A stretch of 64,000 nucleotides of DNA from Octopus vulgaris (lineage: Eukaryota), in NCBI GenBank assembly GCA_951406725.2, contig OX597818.1:9734001-9798000 (forward strand). The letters run 5' to 3'. Shown here piece by piece: positions 1 to 11,948 of the stretch. Every line of letters begins with the position of its first letter. Position 1 is the first letter of the stretch. The translations under genes were made by a program, and so were the position numbers. The notes beneath the pieces were generated by a model. It worked only from the letters and a program-made list of their open reading frames with translations, did no database searches and was not told the origin of the DNA.

Positions 1-563
1 ATATATATATGTATATATATATACACATATATATATATATATGTTTAAGTGTGTGTGTTTGTATACATTTGTACATATATACATGCATAAATATATATAT
101 AAATAAATATATACACGTACATATATGTACGTACACACACACATATATCCATGCACATATAATGCCCATAATGTAAAAAGCTTGCATGTGTACAGCCATT
201 ATCGTTGGTAAAGGACAATGTAAAAAATGATCAAATGTATATATTATTGAAGTTATGGATGAACATGTAGTCAATAACAATGTCTACTTTGAATGCTACC
301 AAAACCAATAATGCTGCCATCAACATTAACAGGGAATCACAGAATTCCATTTCCGGATCATAAATTACCTAATATCAACTAATGGTTCATGATAGTGAAT
401 CATTTCTTTCACTTAACTATGCTCTAGTACCTCCTTTTCTCTCACTCACATATTAATATATAGAAGCATAGACACACTCACATATGTATGTATGTTTGTC
501 TTATCTCTCTTTGTCCCTGCCATCTCATTCTCCTTGTCTCCCACATTTTATTTATATATATAC

Positions 564-655
<92 letters not shown>

Positions 656-1158
656 TGTATGCATGCATGTATGGATGGATGGATGTATATATATTAACAT
701 ACATGCAATATGCATATAAGTATATGCATATATGCATATATATATGCAAATACATATACACATACATACGTACACTCACACACATGTAGTCTGCGCACGT
801 AACTATGTATGTATACATGTCATTTGTCTACCATAGTGCCATGAACATAAGGATATAGGGACGTACGAAGCAGGCAAGTAACGTAACACGATATTATATA
901 TGTATACAAACATGTGAATTCCTATAAACATATCTTTGCTTAATGAATTGATCTCTAAATTTACTCCCGCTCAACCTCTCGGTGTCCATGCAGACACGCA
1001 ATGTGAATGTATGTGCATGCATGCATGCACATATATATATATCTATATGTATAAACACGTGTGTACGATTGTAAATTCAGTTATACATAGAGGTATATTC
1101 CACCCATACGCATGCACGTATTTGTTCATGTGTCGGTATGTATGCATATATGTATGTA

Positions 1159-1215
<57 letters not shown>

Positions 1216-1331
1216 ATGTATATATATATATAATTGATGAAGGAAACGGAAGATAGATTTAGCACTATACCTAGATACATATATGTGTGGATATGAATAT
1301 ATATGTGTGTGTGTATGCATACTATTATATA

Positions 1332-1379
<48 letters not shown>

Positions 1380-1550
1380 AACATGTCTGTATATATATTT
1401 GTAGCTATCTATATATACATATATTCATGCATACACACACACACACACACTCACACACTCACACACAACCCACATATGCAAGCATGTGCATATGTTGAGA
1501 GTGAAAGAGGGAAAGTGAGAAATGGAGAGAGCAATACAAATACATGTATG
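1..1550. repeat. Microsatellite-dense region: (TA)n, (TG)n, (CA)n, (TATG)n
   Basis: Direct reading; all ORFs here are YI/CV/TH low-complexity translations. Confidence 0.95.
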
Positions 1551-1760
1551 TAAATAACAGCGGCAGTTATACATATTTTAAAACGCCATAACTGTACACC
1601 GGCGTTGGTTTCAGCCAGTCCTGTTGATATACGAGTATACGCCTAATGCTGTGATGAATATTCTCCCCTGTTGTTTTGACACTTCATTCGCTCTGGTCAA
1701 ACAACTGGCTATACGTTGCATTAATGTTACCTGAATTATTTATTAACCAAGTCGTTTAAT

Positions 1761-1880
1761 GAGAAGATAGTGGCAGGATAAACAGATTCAACGTTGATCT
1801 GCCAACTTGTAAGTCATACGTTCGAATCCATTGCATGTATTTTGTTTTAAATCTCTATCTGTGAAGAGTACCTGTTTTCT
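1761..1880 (+). repeat. Degenerate tRNA-like/SINE-head fragment, second copy at 3019-3105
   Basis: GAAGATAGTGGCAG...TTGATCTGCC...TGTAAG...GTTCGAATCCAT...TGAAGAGTA shared by both copies; B-box-like GTTCGAATCC. Confidence 0.5.
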
Positions 1881-1896
1881 ATATGTGAGTGAATGA

Positions 1897-2367
1897 GTGT
1901 GTGTGTGTGTGTGTGTGTGTGACCTGGATCGGCCAGACTGTCAGGGGCCGAGACGGCTCCGCTGGCCACAGTATTTGCTCCATTCCCCACGTGCTCTTCC
2001 ATGTTGTTCCAAACATTTTTCTTAAATAATCTTTCCATCTTCTCACCTAACCGGAGGTCTTCCGAGTGGTCTCTTCCGTTCGCGCGGATACCTTTCGACA
2101 ATTGACGGGTCCGTCGATTGCCTGAGAACTTTGCGTCTTGTTTCCTGAGAGTTTGCAGTTTTGCGTTGATTTCGATGCTGTCGAAGGCTTTTCTGTAATC
2201 AATGAATGCAACGCACAAAAGCAACTGTCTCGCTCGTTCCAACGACTGCGTTAGAGCAAACATATGACCTATAGTGCTGTACTTCTTTCTGAACCCAACC
2301 TGTCCTCTTGGCTTCTGCTCATTCATTTACAAGCCGTTCAGGAAGATAATCGCTGAACGGTTATCTC

Positions 2368-2369
<2 letters not shown>
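1897..2369 (-). mobile_element. RTE-clade LINE fragment, internally deleted, with an inverted 5' piece
   Basis: Minus strand EQKPRGQVGFRKKYST...FIDYRKAFDSIE (RT) is joined near 2136 to the C-terminal motif AKFSGNRRTR/IVERYPRERKRPLGRPPVR; the upstream peptide IYKPFRKIIAERLSQ lies on the + strand at 2325-2369. Confidence 0.85.
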
Positions 2370-2446
<77 letters not shown>

Positions 2447-2449
<3 letters not shown>

Positions 2450-2843
2450 AGTGGATGTGTGGTAAGTAGCTATATGCGCAGGAGTGGGTGCGTGGTAAAT
2501 AGCTTGCTTACAAACTACATGGTTATGGGTTCTTCTACTATAGCTTCGGGCCGACCAAATCCTTGTGAATAGAGTTTCGTAGACGGAAACTGAAAGAAGC
2601 CCGTCGTATATATATACATAAATGTATATGTGTGTGTGTGTGTGTTTGTCCTTCCCCCCTCACCATCACTTAACAACCGATGTTGGTGTCTTGGTGTGCT
2701 TACGTTCCCGTAACTTAGTAGTTCAGCAAAAGAGTCCGATAGGATAAGTATTAGGCTTACAAAGAATAAGTCCTGGGGTCGATTTGTTCGACTAAAAGCG
2801 GTGGTCCAGCATGGCCACAGTTAGATGGCTGAAACAAATAAAA

Positions 2844-2848
<5 letters not shown>
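2447..2848 (+). mobile_element. tRNA-derived SINE, family A (CORE-like GGCACCTTGGGCAAGTG block in intact copies, internal (TA)(TG) linker, GTAAAAGA tail)
   Basis: Matches the many other copies in the window (GGAGTGGCTGTGTGGTAAG...GAAACTGAAAGAAGCCCGTCG...CTGGGGTCGATTTG...CCAGCATGGCC); duplicated 5' end, core block deleted in this copy. Confidence 0.85.
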
Positions 2849-2879
<31 letters not shown>

Positions 2880-3457
2880 TGGCTACTCATGATCGAAGTG
2901 GTCTTTATCTATATGGTTTCTGTATCAGCTCCACTGCGTGACGCCTCGAGCAGGTTTCTTCTACTATAACAGCGGGTCAACAAACACCTTGTCTTGTGAG
3001 TGGATTTCTATCTCATAATGGGAAGATAGTGGCAGATGAATAGTTTCAGCATTGATCTGCCTAGTTGTAAGTTCGAATCCATTTGAAGAGTATCCAGTCG
3101 TTCTCAAATGATTTGTTTCTCTTGAAGTTAATATTTGTCTATGCCTTATGTCTCTCAAACATCTTACACATTACATGCAACAGATGTATGTATATTTTTA
3201 ATTTACATAAAATTAATTTAGCAATAAACTCAGTTTTGTTGCTAAACTAGTAAGAATTCGTTATTTTCTCAAAAAGAGCTACAAATGAGAACAGAAACGA
3301 CCCGTGTACAATACGAATCTTTAAAAACATAAGTGAAACTACATACTAACTCGTACGAAAAGAAAGGTTTCTAACGATCATACACAGACGCGCACACACA
3401 CACATCTGTGTGTATGTCATGCTTACGTTTATATGTCTAGTATACATATCGTGTGTA

Positions 3458-3770
3458 GTGAATGCGCGTGGCTTAGTGGTTAGGGATATTTGGCTCACGG
3501 TCCTAAGTCGAGAGTTAAATTCCCAGCGACGCGTTCTGTCCTTGAGCGAGATACTTTATTTCATGTTGCTCAAGTCTACTCACCTGACAGAGATTAGTTG
3601 TACCTGTATTTTAAAGGGCCAGGCTTGTCACGCTGAATCCCCCAAAGAACTACAATAAGGATACACTTGTCTGTGGTGTGTTCAGCCACTTGCACATTAA
3701 TTTCACGAACAGGCTGTTCTGTTGATCGGATCAACTGGAACTCTCGTCGTCGTAACTGACGGAGTGCCAA
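3458..3770 (+). mobile_element. tRNA-derived SINE, family C (V/CORE-like GTCCTTGAGC domain); related heads at 41077-41190 and 46100-46210
   Basis: A-box TGGCTTAGTGG, B-box-like GAGTTAAATTCCC, then TGTCCTTGAGCGAGATACTTTATTTCA. Confidence 0.75.
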
Positions 3771-4208
3771 TAACATATCATGTAGTTTAGACTAATGAAT
3801 ATAATATATGAATAATAATGTGTGTGTGTGTGTGTGTGTGTTTTAACAGTCTTGTAAAATATATCGTGGAATAAATTTTTGCAGTTGGTAAACCTAGAAA
3901 CACGTCTCCCAGAAAAATTGCATAACTCTCCATAAAGCATATAAATTAATCAAATTGTCCTACTCTGCGTTATGAAATATTCATCGAAAACAACTAAGAT
4001 TCATGGTTTATAACGCTGGATGATTTATTCTTAATATCAGCTGAAATGTAAACTATTTGTCAAACTGCCTTTGACAACAGGTATGGATTTAATGACGCGA
4101 ATACTGGACGAGATCCAAAAAGACTGAAGTTTTAGTCTTTTTTTTTTAAATGTTATAAATGCTTATTTTTATTATTATTTTTTCATATTAATGTAGATGA
4201 AGTCACTA

Positions 4209-4372
4209 GGCGCAGGCATGGCTGTGTGGTAAGAAGTTGCTTCCCAATCACAATCTGTCTGCTTCGTTCCCAATGCGTGGCACCTTTGATAAGTGTCCTC
4301 TGCCATAGACCAAGGTCGACCAAAGAGTTTTAAGTGGATTTAGTAAACAGAAACTGGAAGAAGTCCATCATA
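4209..4372 (+). mobile_element. SINE family A, 5' half
   Basis: GGCGCAGGCATGGCTGTGTGGTAAGAAG...GAAACTGGAAGAAGTCC. Confidence 0.8.
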
Positions 4373-4977
4373 TATATTTAGTTACATGTAATATACACAA
4401 CTAGTTGTGTTATATAAGAATAGAATACTAATCGGTACGGAGTCAACATTAGACTTCAATGGAGACATACTGAGAAACTCTATTAGAAACTAGCTGGTCT
4501 TTCAAGCCATCTAACGTTTCTGTGTAGATGTAGAGACTCAAAGCTAATGCCACCTGGACTGACTGTAATGACATCAGTGAATTCAAATAATGCTCGGAGA
4601 GTAGCGGAAAAAGCAGGGCACGCCCTCGTCCATGAGAGGATCCATTATAACCATTGGAAAAACATCAACTAAATAACGAAATCAGAGACAGATTGTCTTC
4701 ATTATTTGGGAGAATAACCAGAGATGATGGTAGAGAGAGAATCCAACAAGATCTAGAAAAGTCGTGCAAGAAAGAATTTGAGAAGGTGAAGACACGCTAG
4801 GTAAAGAAGCTTATGAAGCTCAATATTCAGAGAATGAAGACCAAAGTCCATCACCTACCTGTGAAAGCAGTAATTAACGTAAGTAGGCGACATCTGGACA
4901 ACTCTGAAGAAGCAATACTAAACAAAGGTTTCAACTTTGCGACAACCATCAAGCGCATTCCATACTTGGACATAATA

Positions 4978-5212
4978 TATATTTTTTTACTACCCACAAG
5001 GGGCTAAACACTGAGGGGACAAACAAGGACAGTCAAACGGATTAAGTCGATTACATCGACCCTAGTGCGTAACTGGTACTTAATTTATCGACCCCGAAAG
5101 GATGAAAGGCAATGTCGACCTCTGCAGAATTTGAACTCAGAACGTAACGGCAGACGAAATACGGCTACGCATTTCGCCCGGTGTGCTAACGTTTCTGCCA
5201 GCTCACCGCCTT
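4978..5212 (-). mobile_element. tRNA-derived SINE, family B, inserted in the PLE with a 16-bp TSD
   Basis: ATACTTGGACATAATA at 4962-4977 and 5213-5228; body GGCGGTGAGCTGGCAGAAACGTTAG...GAGTTCAAATTC...GCCTTTCATCCTTTCGGGGTCGATAAA. Confidence 0.95.
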
Positions 5213-6267
5213 ATACTTGGACATAATAGCCTAGCCCCTGTTGAGAAGGTACTAAAGAAAAGGAAACTTCCCAAACCAAATATCTCTAGGGAGAAAAATT
5301 CGCTATCAAAACATTACAGAGTGACAGTTCCACCATAATATTTCCGGCGAATGAACAAGTCTGAATACTCGGTAAAATTGGCAAGTCTCATAATTGATGA
5401 TAGCTACAGCAAAATAAAAAAAGACCCAACTCTGAAAACAGAGAGGAAGTTGTCACAGATCTTAATCAAGAACAAAGATTACTTCATGCCAATGAAGTAC
5501 TGACAACAGACCCAACACTGGCATTCCTGGATGTATTAATAACACGCACTGAGTATGGGTTCAGGACATTCGTATACCGTAAGCCAACCTTCACTGGACA
5601 ATACTTCAACTTCAATTCCCACCATCCATACAAGGATTGTTCAGTGCCTAAAACATCGAGCAAAGACTATAAGTAGCGATCCTGTCACACACTAGGAAGA
5701 AATTATCAGGCTAAGAAACAACCTATTATGCAACAACTATCCAGAAAACATACTATCTACTCCAATTAGAAATACGAAACGGGATAAAACCCATAAACTG
5801 ACCGCAGTCTGTCTACCCATATCAAAGGCCTCTAGGACAATATTCGGAAGTAATACGACACTTTGCAAATACCTCCTCCGAGTAAATCCACCCATAGAAG
5901 AAAATATGACCAAAAGCTGCGTGTACTCCAACCCATGCATTTGCAGTAGGTTATACAAAAGCGAAACATACCTCCTCCTTAAAATAAGGGTAGAGGAACA
6001 TCGTAAAGCTGTGAAGCGAGAGGATGCTGCAAAATCGGGTATAGCCGCTCATGTATGGGGAAAACAGAGACCACCTCCCTCTGCGGAGTGAAGTTTAAAT
6101 AATAGACAGAGACAACCACTGGAAAATACGAATATTAAAAGAGCCAGTACATATGCTAGGACACAATAATCTCCTAAGCAGACCTAGTGCAGATGTGAAT
6201 GTAATATGGGAACCGGTATTAAGAAAATATGAAATATTACGTTTATAAGCTACAAAATTTACTCTAC

Positions 6268-6336
6268 GGGCATATAGCGTAGTGGATAAGAGCGTGAGCT
6301 GCTAACCCTCGGATTCTGAGTTCAATTCCAGGCAGG
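6268..6336 (+). other. tRNA-like segment (A and B boxes) in the PLE 3' region; not a functional tRNA gene
   Basis: TAGCGTAGTGG...CTGCTAA...GAGTTCAATTCC; acceptor stem does not pair. Confidence 0.6.
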
Positions 6337-6577
6337 GATTTGGGAAATAATATCAACAGAAAAAAAAGTAACATCAGCAAAAAAAGAATACCTTAGGAAT
6401 AAAGGGCTGGGTTCGAAACTCCTCCAGAACTCATAAAAGCTAGAAAGTACAGTCCATTCATTGTAAATAATGTATAAAAAGAGAAGTTTAGAATATAAGA
6501 CACACAATTTCATGTGTTATCAAAATGATAGGAAAAGCAGAAAACATTAATTTAAGAAAAGGGGAAAATGTCTATTG

Positions 6578-7017
6578 AAGTTCAAATTTTGGTAACACGC
6601 CAGCAATTTTGAGGGAGGTATACATCGATTACATTGATCCCAGTGTTCAAGTGGTACATATTTTATCGAAGCCGAGGGCATTTGAAGTCTGAACGCAAAC
6701 TCAGAAGAAATGCTGCAAAGTGAGGTGCAGTAACGTTTCTGTCAGCTCGCTGCCTTAAAATGGAATAATATATGTTGAGAAAAAAGTCTGTCATGTATTA
6801 TCTTTGTCTGTATATGTGTGTTTCTCCTCCACCATCACTGGACAGCTGGTATTGGTTTGTTTACGTCCCCATGACTTACAGATTCGACGAAAATACTTTT
6901 ATTATAAATACCAGTCTTAAGAAATAGCAATGTGGTCGATTTATTCAACTAAAACCTTTCAAAGCAGTACCCCAGCATAGCTGCAGTCTAATCACTGATA
7001 CAAGTAAAAGATAAAAA
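6578..7017. mobile_element. SINE B (minus, 6578-6757) followed by the 3' half of SINE A (plus, ~6806-7017)
   Basis: Similarity to other copies in the window. Confidence 0.75.
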
Positions 7018-8116
7018 TATGTGCGTGTATGCGTGTGTACATCCATACATATACTTAAGTGCATTAGCGTGCTTTATGCATCATCTGCTTCAGATGGTTC
7101 CTTGTTGATGAATTAACATCATATTGCCTGAGACCATGGAATAAGTTGTAAGATAAAGAAACTGAGAAAAAGCAAAGAGTGATAAATATGTTTTGATTGA
7201 ATCACTAAGATAAGGTACGATTATAAACAAGGATTATTACAGATAGATAAGCAGTTAAAGTTTCCCCTCCTGCTTAAATTAATTACAAAACATCAGATGA
7301 TTCATCGGTTTCAGATGCTGGCATGCCATATCAGCTTGTTCAACAACATCACTACGAAAATTAATTATTCCTCTAAAATTGCAATTTATTATTTCGACGA
7401 ACACGTGCTCTGTGCGTTAATGCGTTCGTAAGCTGGTTTGAGACCTGCCTCCGCTGTTTTATATCGTGTTTACGGGTTTTTGTAGATTTTAAAATGCTTC
7501 TTGGATTTGAATAGAATGCAGTTAGTATATTTCTATTTGTAGAAAAGTCTGTTGTAACATGTTTCTGTCTGTAGTGTATAGATTGCCCGGTCTGCATGGG
7601 TGATAATTATGGAACGTAACATAAAAACAGATTCTAAGCAATATAAAAACAGATTGTGTGTTATAGGTAAAAATTATAGTCAATGTAATATACACAAGCT
7701 ATGTGTTATATAAAAACGGACACTTAAAGCATAATACACAACATTTCATGTTATATGAAAAGCAGTAAACATTAACTTAAGAAAAGGGAATAATATATAT
7801 TGAGAAAGTTATATTTGTGAAAACAAGGAAAGAAATAGTTATTTTTGTGTCATTTATGTGTAGAATGTAAATAATGTTCTTCTATGTTCACTGGGTCTTG
7901 ATAATTTTTTGTAAAGGTTCACTGCGTGGTGCAAATTGATATGACAGTGAGGTATGACAAGGAAAAGAATAACAGAGATTTAAAACAGAGTATAAGGAAA
8001 AGTGATATTACTTTAGAGCTTCGAAGTGGTAATAACAACAGTTCTTTGTCAATAAAAATGTTAATAGAAAAATCGAAAAGTTCTTTGACACATTGTCTCT
8101 TTTTTTTACAATACTG

Positions 8117-8691
8117 CTTTGAAATGTTGTCACAAGGCCTGTAATTTCGAGGAAGTGGGTAAATCGATTACAACGACTCCAGTGCTCAACTTGTACTTCT
8201 TTTATCGACCTCGAAAGGATAAAAGGCGTGGTCGGCTTCGCGGGGATTTGAATTCAGAACGTAAAGACAGACGAAATGCTGTTAAGCATTTTGCCCTGTG
8301 TGCTAACGATTCTGCCAGCTCACTGCACTTTTCTTTTACAATATTGGTTTCAGATTTTGGCACAAGGCCAGCGGGTTTGAGGAGGGAGTCAATCACATTG
8401 ACTCCAGTACTCATGTGGCACTTATTTTATTGAGTCCGAAGAAAGAAAGGCAAAGTCGGCGTCGGCGGCATTTGCTAAGCTTTTTTGCCTGGCGTATTAA
8501 CGATTCCACCAGCCCCACTGCATTTTCTTTTACAACATTAGTAAAGCAGAAAGGCAGCGAGCTGGCAGAATCGTTAACGAGCGGGACAAAATACTTTATC
8601 GCATATGGTCTGTTTTTACGTTCTAGTCCTACTGCTCGCAGTAGTTATGAAAGTACAGCAACAGTAATAATAGTAGTAGAGCTACACCAGG

Positions 8692-8730
<39 letters not shown>

Positions 8731-9010
8731 ATCAATAGTAGTGGCGGTAGCACCAGTAGTAGTAATAGCATACTTACTGTAACATTAGCAGAACTGGTAA
8801 GACGGCAAGCTGGCAGAATCGTTAGTATGTCGGACAAAATTGCTTAGTAGCATTTTGTCTGTCTTCACCTTTTGAGTTCAAACTCCGCCAAGGTCGACTT
8901 TGCCTTCCATCCTTTAGAATTCGATCAAACAGATACTAGCAGAACACGGAGGTTAATGTAACCGACTTAGCCATGCCCCCGAAATTGCTAGCTTCGTGCC
9001 AAATTTTAAA
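8117..9010. mobile_element. Cluster of four SINE B copies (minus 8117-8325, minus ~8345-8520, plus ~8551-8630, plus ~8800-9010) around an (ATT)n array
   Basis: Repeated GAGCTGGCAGAATCGTTA head and GGCCTTGTGCCAAAAT tail motifs. Confidence 0.8.
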
Positions 9011-9039
9011 GCAATATTCTTTTTTACTCATGTAAAAGA

Positions 9040-9250
9040 AAAAATCGCCAAAAACAATCGCAGGAATGAAAACATAGGAATCCAAAATTTAAGGATTGTA
9101 GATCAGGATTCGATCCGGAATGTTTTTAATTTACTCACGGAATCAGCCTCATTCCAAAATGGTAGTATATATTGGGCTACGTCTTCTAGGAGTAAAGTTG
9201 AAAAAATTTGACGCACTGACACATTGACATTCACATTTATTATATTAGAT
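9040..9250 (-). mobile_element. Possible non-autonomous Helitron-like 5' end
   Basis: Minus strand begins ATCTAATATAATAAATGTGAATGTC, resembling TC-initiated Helitron ends; no 3' CTRR hairpin identified. Confidence 0.3.
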
Positions 9251-9330
9251 GTGTCTAATTTGGGGGAAACTGTATTTCAATTAAAGTGTATTTTATATAT
9301 ATGTGTGTTTGTGTGTGTGTGTGTGTGTAT

Positions 9331-9381
<51 letters not shown>

Positions 9382-9460
9382 ATAATAATATATAAATATA
9401 TGCATATATACATACATATATGTACATACCTACATCTATATGTATATATACATGCATATA

Positions 9461-10110
9461 TGGGTACAGGACATAAAAAAAACGTTGAACACAATGTGAA
9501 ACGAAAACATAAAAACAAAAACATGGAAACGAACTATTTTTCAAACAACGAAAGAACAGAGTACAAGACATACAACACAAGGAATATTCCCCTTCTTCAG
9601 TTGCCCCTGCTTCGTCTACCCCGCGTTTTCGAAGGTAAGGACAAGGCGCGACTTCATTGAAACAGTCCTTCCCGCAAAGCAAATTAAATAAAATTTGGGA
9701 TTTTTTGCGGTGGGGTAAAAATGGAAAAAAGAACAGGACAGTACGAACAAAAAGACAGTAAAAACAATAAAATTAAAAACAGTAAAAGACAGAACAAAGA
9801 GACTAACACAGTAAAAACAAACGATGAGGGCTGTTAAACCAAGACGATGGAAAAATTATTTTGAACGCTTGAGGAGACAGCTTATTATGAGAGAGACAGG
9901 ATAAACGGCCTTATGTTGGTGAAGATAGCAGTCGGAAAGATGGTTTCCCTCTGGTCACGTGTTAGTGACGAGAGTCGAGGAGGAGTAAGAGTGAAGGAAC
10001 AATGAAGGGGAGAGGAGAAGAATAGGGAAGGGTGGGAGAGAAAAACAGAAAGGATGAAGAACAAGAGAGGGAAAGAGAGAGAGAGGAGTAAGCATCATAA
10101 TTATTAAGAT
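9461..10110 (-). repeat. Unclassified interspersed repeat abutting a (TA)-rich tract, possibly a PLE 3' UTR/pseudo-LTR
   Basis: Abrupt start after TATATA; strong purine skew; contains a CTGAAGAAGGGGAATATTCCTT half-hammerhead-like motif. Confidence 0.35.
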
Positions 10111-10260
10111 AAAAACTTACTTGGAATATGTATATATGTGTGTATGTATGTATGTATTAAAGAAAGCAAAATATAAAACAAAAATGATAGTGTTCAGTAG
10201 TTGGTTCTGTATGCTGGCCACAGGAATTTCTGTCCAGGAAAGTTGTTTAACACCTTCCTC

Positions 10261-10303
10261 GCTTTCTCTCTCTCTCTTTCTTCTTCTTCTTCTTCTTCTT
10301 CTT

Positions 10304-10398
<95 letters not shown>

Positions 10399-10413
10399 TA
10401 CTACTACTACTAC
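10261..10413. repeat. Compound microsatellite (CT)n-(CTT)n-(ATT)n-(ACT)n
   Basis: Direct reading. Confidence 0.95.
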
Positions 10414-10522
10414 TCCCATTGGCACCATCAACACTACAACTTTTAATAAAACATCATCAGCTCTCCCTAAATTTTATTGTCTCTCTTTCTTTCCCTCTCA
10501 TTTTCTTTCTTTCTCTCTCTGC

Positions 10523-10554
<32 letters not shown>

Positions 10555-10864
10555 GTCTTTGCCACCACCCTCACCGCCTCTGTGCCTGCTATTAATCGCA
10601 CCCCAGCAGGAGGAAGTGCCATTGAATAGTGAGAGAAGGGGGCCAAAGTGTGACATACTGACACACAGAAATTAGTTTTCGCATTTATTATATTAGATTT
10701 GCTATGCATAAACAAGAAGGCAATCATAAGTTAAGGAGAAATTTGAATATGCTTTTAAATGCAATTGTTTCGTAAGTGAAAAATATCACTAGTTTTGCAA
10801 ATATGAGCAGGAGCAGTCTCGCTTTGCAAATGTCAACTCTCTCGCTTACTTCTCTCTCACTATT

Positions 10865-10918
<54 letters not shown>

Positions 10919-11433
10919 GCACACAGACACTTTCTTTTAGTTTCCTTCTTTTGCTCTCATATTTTCATTTCCATAACTTGTTATATTCAAATTAGTTAGT
11001 GACCTCTCACATTTGTAAGATCACTTGCATCTTTCCTTTACCAAGCCATTGTATTTCTATTAAAATCACATTTCTTCCGTGTCTCTTTGACATACATTTA
11101 TATTTATGTGTAGCGAATCATTCGTAAAAGGGAAAACTGCGTTTGTTTGTAATAGTAATACGAACTCCCACCCACAAAATTTACTTCCTGAATAAATGAA
11201 TTAATATTAATTTTTTAAAAGAAGACGGCAAAAATAGAAGGAAGAGGGAGAGCATACGATGGGAACTAAAATGTGATAATAGGCTGAAAGAGATTCAGGT
11301 AGAGTGGTTGAAACTATTAGATTAATGTTGAAGAGGGAATGGAAAAGAATTTTATTAAAAAAACACCAACAGAGAAAAAGGAAAGCATGCAAAAAGTGGA
11401 AAGAAGTATTAATATTATTAGCAATTATTGGCA

Positions 11434-11890
11434 ATTATGATGGTTTTAGGAGTGGTGAGTAATAAAGGTTATGTCAAGCCACCTCATATCTTTCCACAAT
11501 GGTCATAGAATTACTGTTGCTAGATATGTTAAGGCACTAAAGACAGTTGTTAAGCCTTGGATGAGTGAAATGCACACTGGAAGGCCATACTTGTTTCAGC
11601 AAGACTAAGCATCTTCTCTGAAAGTCCAAGTAAGCCGAGGACGAAAATTAATCTTTTCAGTCATATGACACCAAACTTGTGGCCTCCAAGCTCCCCAGGC
11701 TTAAATTTCAAGGACTACTACCAGTGGTGGGTTTTGAAGAAAGGGAGACCTCCTCACAATACCATAGCTTCATTGAAAGCTGCCAAATTTCAAGTCATGT
11801 CCGAAATGAATAAGAAGCATTTAGTGCAGGCATGTCAACGATTCTGTTATGCATTAAATTAGTTATCGAAGCCGAAAGTAGAACCATAGT
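11434..11890 (+). mobile_element. Tc1/mariner (DD37D-type) transposase fragment, pseudogenised
   Basis: MVLGVVSNKG..PPHIFPQ; VVKPWM..GRPYLFQQD*; WPPSSPGLNFKDYY; HNTIASLKAA..LVQACQRF; homologous to 61805-63019. Confidence 0.85.
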
Positions 11891-11948
11891 ATAAGCTTAT
11901 AAATAGACATCAAATACAGCTTGCATCTTGTTTATATATATATATATA

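Larger units (their letters stand above)
4430..6470 (+). mobile_element. Decayed Penelope-like retroelement (RT N-terminus, RT C-terminus, GIY-YIG endonuclease; RT core deleted)
   Basis: VINVSRRHLDNSEEAILNKGFNFA; KKDPTLKTERKL; LAFLDVLITRTEYGFRTFVYRKPTFTGQYFNFNSHHP; CVYSNPCICSRLYKSET..LKIRVEEHRK..SGIAAHVW; several frameshifts and stops. Confidence 0.9.

Noticed and set aside
6268-6336. tRNA-Ser(GCT) gene
   Set aside because: Acceptor and anticodon stems do not pair and there is no long variable arm; the SINE heads are likewise not tRNA genes
9570-9670. Possible type II hammerhead on the minus strand (CCTTC-GAAA...CTGAAGA-AGGGG)
   Set aside because: Stems I and III cannot be formed convincingly
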